This document shows, in pieces, positions 43,941 to 46,303 of a DNA stretch of 46,303 bases (positions are counted from its first letter, which is position 1; each line of letters begins with the position of its first letter). This DNA is from Macrostomum lignano (taxonomy: Eukaryota). Under the pieces are notes generated by a model, which was given only the letters and a program-made list of their open reading frames with translations, had not been told where the DNA came from and ran no database searches. The position numbers were made by a program, and so were the translations under genes. The stretch covers positions 1 through 46,303 of the forward strand of contig NIVC01003320.1 of assembly GCA_002269645.1 (NCBI GenBank), written 5' to 3'.

Positions 43941-46302
43941 TTACGTTACATACATGTCCTGGCTAGAACAAGGCGGCCTGTCTTCTTCTGTTGAGTAATA
44001 AACTACAGGATCCTCAATCGCAGCTGCTGGTCTCGACTCCATTTTGAGTGCTTCAGCTGCCGCGTTGCTGCTTGCAGCTTTGCTTTGTCTGTTATGACGA
44101 CATTTTTTGCAGTTACTCGCGGCTACACTGAGCAATGTTAAGATCAGAGCCAGACTGACAATCGCGATCACAACCCATTGGACCAGAAACACCGGCATTC
44201 TCCACCAAGGAACGAGTCTGGCGCCTGCATTCAGATTTAATTAACATGCGATGTAATATTGTGGTAAGGCTCTCCTATTACTAATAAGCAAATAATAATT
44301 AATAGCTTCTTTAATCACTGCAAACCTATGCGCAAATGCGCATTATTAATCTGCGATTAGAACCAATCTTTGTACATTGAGTTTTTTTAATGCACTGGAA
44401 ATTATAATATTTAAAATACCGCGTAAATACAAGTATATATAACAAAGCTTCAATTTTCCTTTGAAGTGCATTAAAGCGAGCTAAAATGTCAATCGTATGA
44501 AGCTTCCAGTTTTATTGCATGCATACAGCCCCATCCAAAAGATGAATATTGACATTTGCATATGCTAAAAATGAGTTGTGCTGTATGTATGTATCCAGGA
44601 GTATGCGATCGATTTTAGAAAAAAACTTGCACCATTTGATCAGAAGTTTAGTGCTAAAAGTAAAAAAGAAGTCTAACACCAATTATTTTTAAACGAAATT
44701 GGGCCTTCAAAATAAATTTTGGTAAGTTCAAATAAAAGAGGTTGCATCCTCAGGCAACTGAACTCAAAGACTCACCGAACTTCGATTTTTGCGGCAGGTT
44801 CAGCTGTACAGTCAAGCTTCCATTTAGCTTTCGGCACTCGATAACTGATCCTGCTATGTCCGTTACGGGATGAACCACAACGGAGAAGTGTGACGTCACA
44901 GAACTGAGACACTGAGGCCCACTGGATCGGAAACTACCTGAAATTTAAAGAGTTGCTATTGCAGCTGGTGATATTTTTGACAAGGAGAACTTTCCAAGTA
45001 TCACAATTTGCGTACCATTGTATTAGCTGAGCAGCAATATTTGTGCTGTTGGTTGTCCTCAGCTTGCACCGGTGTCTCACTCTGGCACAAGCGGACGTGG
45101 ACACAACACGGAACTGAGCTAACACGGTACGAAGCCACAACTCAGGCTTTAGCAGGTCGATGCTCAAAGACTCCGATCCACTGCAAGTACAATATGAGTT
45201 TTAAATAAATGGGAAAACTACTGACCCGTATAGTCAATGAGGAGGTTCAGTTGAACTTTACACTGAAAACTATCAAGATTCTGAACACTATCAGATCATT
45301 GCGTGCATATTGCGCGACTAGGGGTTTCAACCTCTTGGGCGTGAATTATACAAGCTCTTGGTTCTAACTTCATTCAAGCATGCATTCATTATCGCTCCGC
45401 TACGATTCTAAGACTCATCATCAGACGGACGTCTTTAATACTCGTATATAGTATAAATCTTTTAATCATTTGAACGCTTACTTTGAGGCAAGTAAAGCGA
45501 CTTTTTTAACTTGCTCAGACCGCCCGCTGAAAACTCGCAGGTGATACTACGAACGCACTGGTGGTCGAGTCTGCTGTAACGAAACTCAAAGGTAACCATG
45601 GTGCCGTTCCGTTGCCAATTTTCCTGGAATGATCAATCGTAACTTGCTTTTCAGTTTTATATTTCATCTATTCTCCTCTTAAAAATATCTGGTCCCACGC
45701 AAGTACGAGTATTATCATAGAAGATAATTACCGATTGGGATAAACTTGGATGAAACGGTTTCTACATTCCTTGTACAATCGACAAGTTGCTGATGTGTCT
45801 TTTGCAGCAGTTTGCAAAGCAACTTTAAACACTGAAGCGGACTTCTTGGACCATTGGTCTGCATCCCATATCACTTCGCTTGTCCCTGTGGGACAAACAG
45901 ATAAAGACAACTGTAAAAAATGTAACTTCAAAACTATTTTTGAAAAGCGTATATGCTTACAGTTCATCAAAGGCAAGTTACGTGACACAATGTTTCCATT
46001 CAATAGGTGGCACTCGATAACTGAACCATTGATGTCTGAGGGCTTAACGTTCACTGAGAATAGCGAAGTTACTGGACTAGTGCAGGCATGTGCACCTTTT
46101 GTTTGTTGTTCTACCTAAAGTTTCATCGTCATAATTAAATGCATGAAAATTGAACAACGGCCAAAAACTTATAATCAGCGAAGCATACCGAAGCTGCTAA
46201 TGGAGCCGCGACAATCGAGCTATTACGACTAGATATTGACAGTTCGCATTTTCTCGGAACGGAGCAGCGACTTTCCGCTAATGTTCGAAATTGGACCGAG
46301 CC
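43941..46302 (-). CDS. Single-pass type I membrane protein with repeated Cys-containing Ig-like modules (5' part outside window)
   Basis: Exons <46302..46189, 46114..45961, 45885..45732, 45180..45016, 44933..44776, 44224..43941, all GT-AG with consistent phases. Internal repeat VTSLFSVNVKP-SDINGSVIEC vs VTSHFSVVVHPVTDIAGSVIEC. TM segment VFLVQWVVIAIVSLALILTLLSVAA followed by a basic stop-transfer stretch and a short Tyr-containing tail. The Ig assignment is from pattern only. Confidence 0.75.
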
Positions 46303-46303
46303 C

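Noticed and set aside
43990-44040. ITIM-like motif in the receptor tail (VVYYST)
   Set aside because: Lacks the hydrophobic residue at Y+3 required by the consensus.
44225-45731. Two introns of identical length (551 nt) in the Ig-like gene
   Set aside because: No sequence similarity between them; treated as coincidence.
45750-46118. 122-aa plus-strand ORF
   Set aside because: Antisense to well-supported spliced exons, with no motif.

Overview
This is repeat-rich animal genomic DNA. GC-rich polyQ exons, AT-rich introns and satellite-filled introns suggest a Macrostomum-like flatworm, but that is inference only. From left to right the window contains: (1) a degenerate minus-strand Ty3/Gypsy LTR retrotransposon (1-9231) with an extra ORF at the env position; (2) a 4-exon MRTF/myocardin-family gene (3 RPEL motifs + basic region + SAP domain, 659 aa) with a different satellite in each intron; (3) three tandem paralogous 4-exon genes (A 18777-22841, B 28465-38267, C 39527-42236) for secreted proteins built as signal peptide + two F-type-lectin-like domains + WSC domain, all with intact spliced ORFs; (4) nested transposons between A and B and inside intron 3 of B; (5) the 3' part of a minus-strand Ig-like single-pass membrane protein gene. 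The most notable signals are: the lectin cluster, whose fucose-binding triad is degenerate; B/C exons that are nearly identical except for clustered non-synonymous patches, despite an old LTR insertion unique to B; a 2.9-kb TIR-bounded element whose interior looks like a circularly permuted Gypsy; and a clear -1 frameshift heptamer plus pseudoknot. All gene models, alignments and foldings were derived by eye from splice signals and phase consistency, without databases or software.
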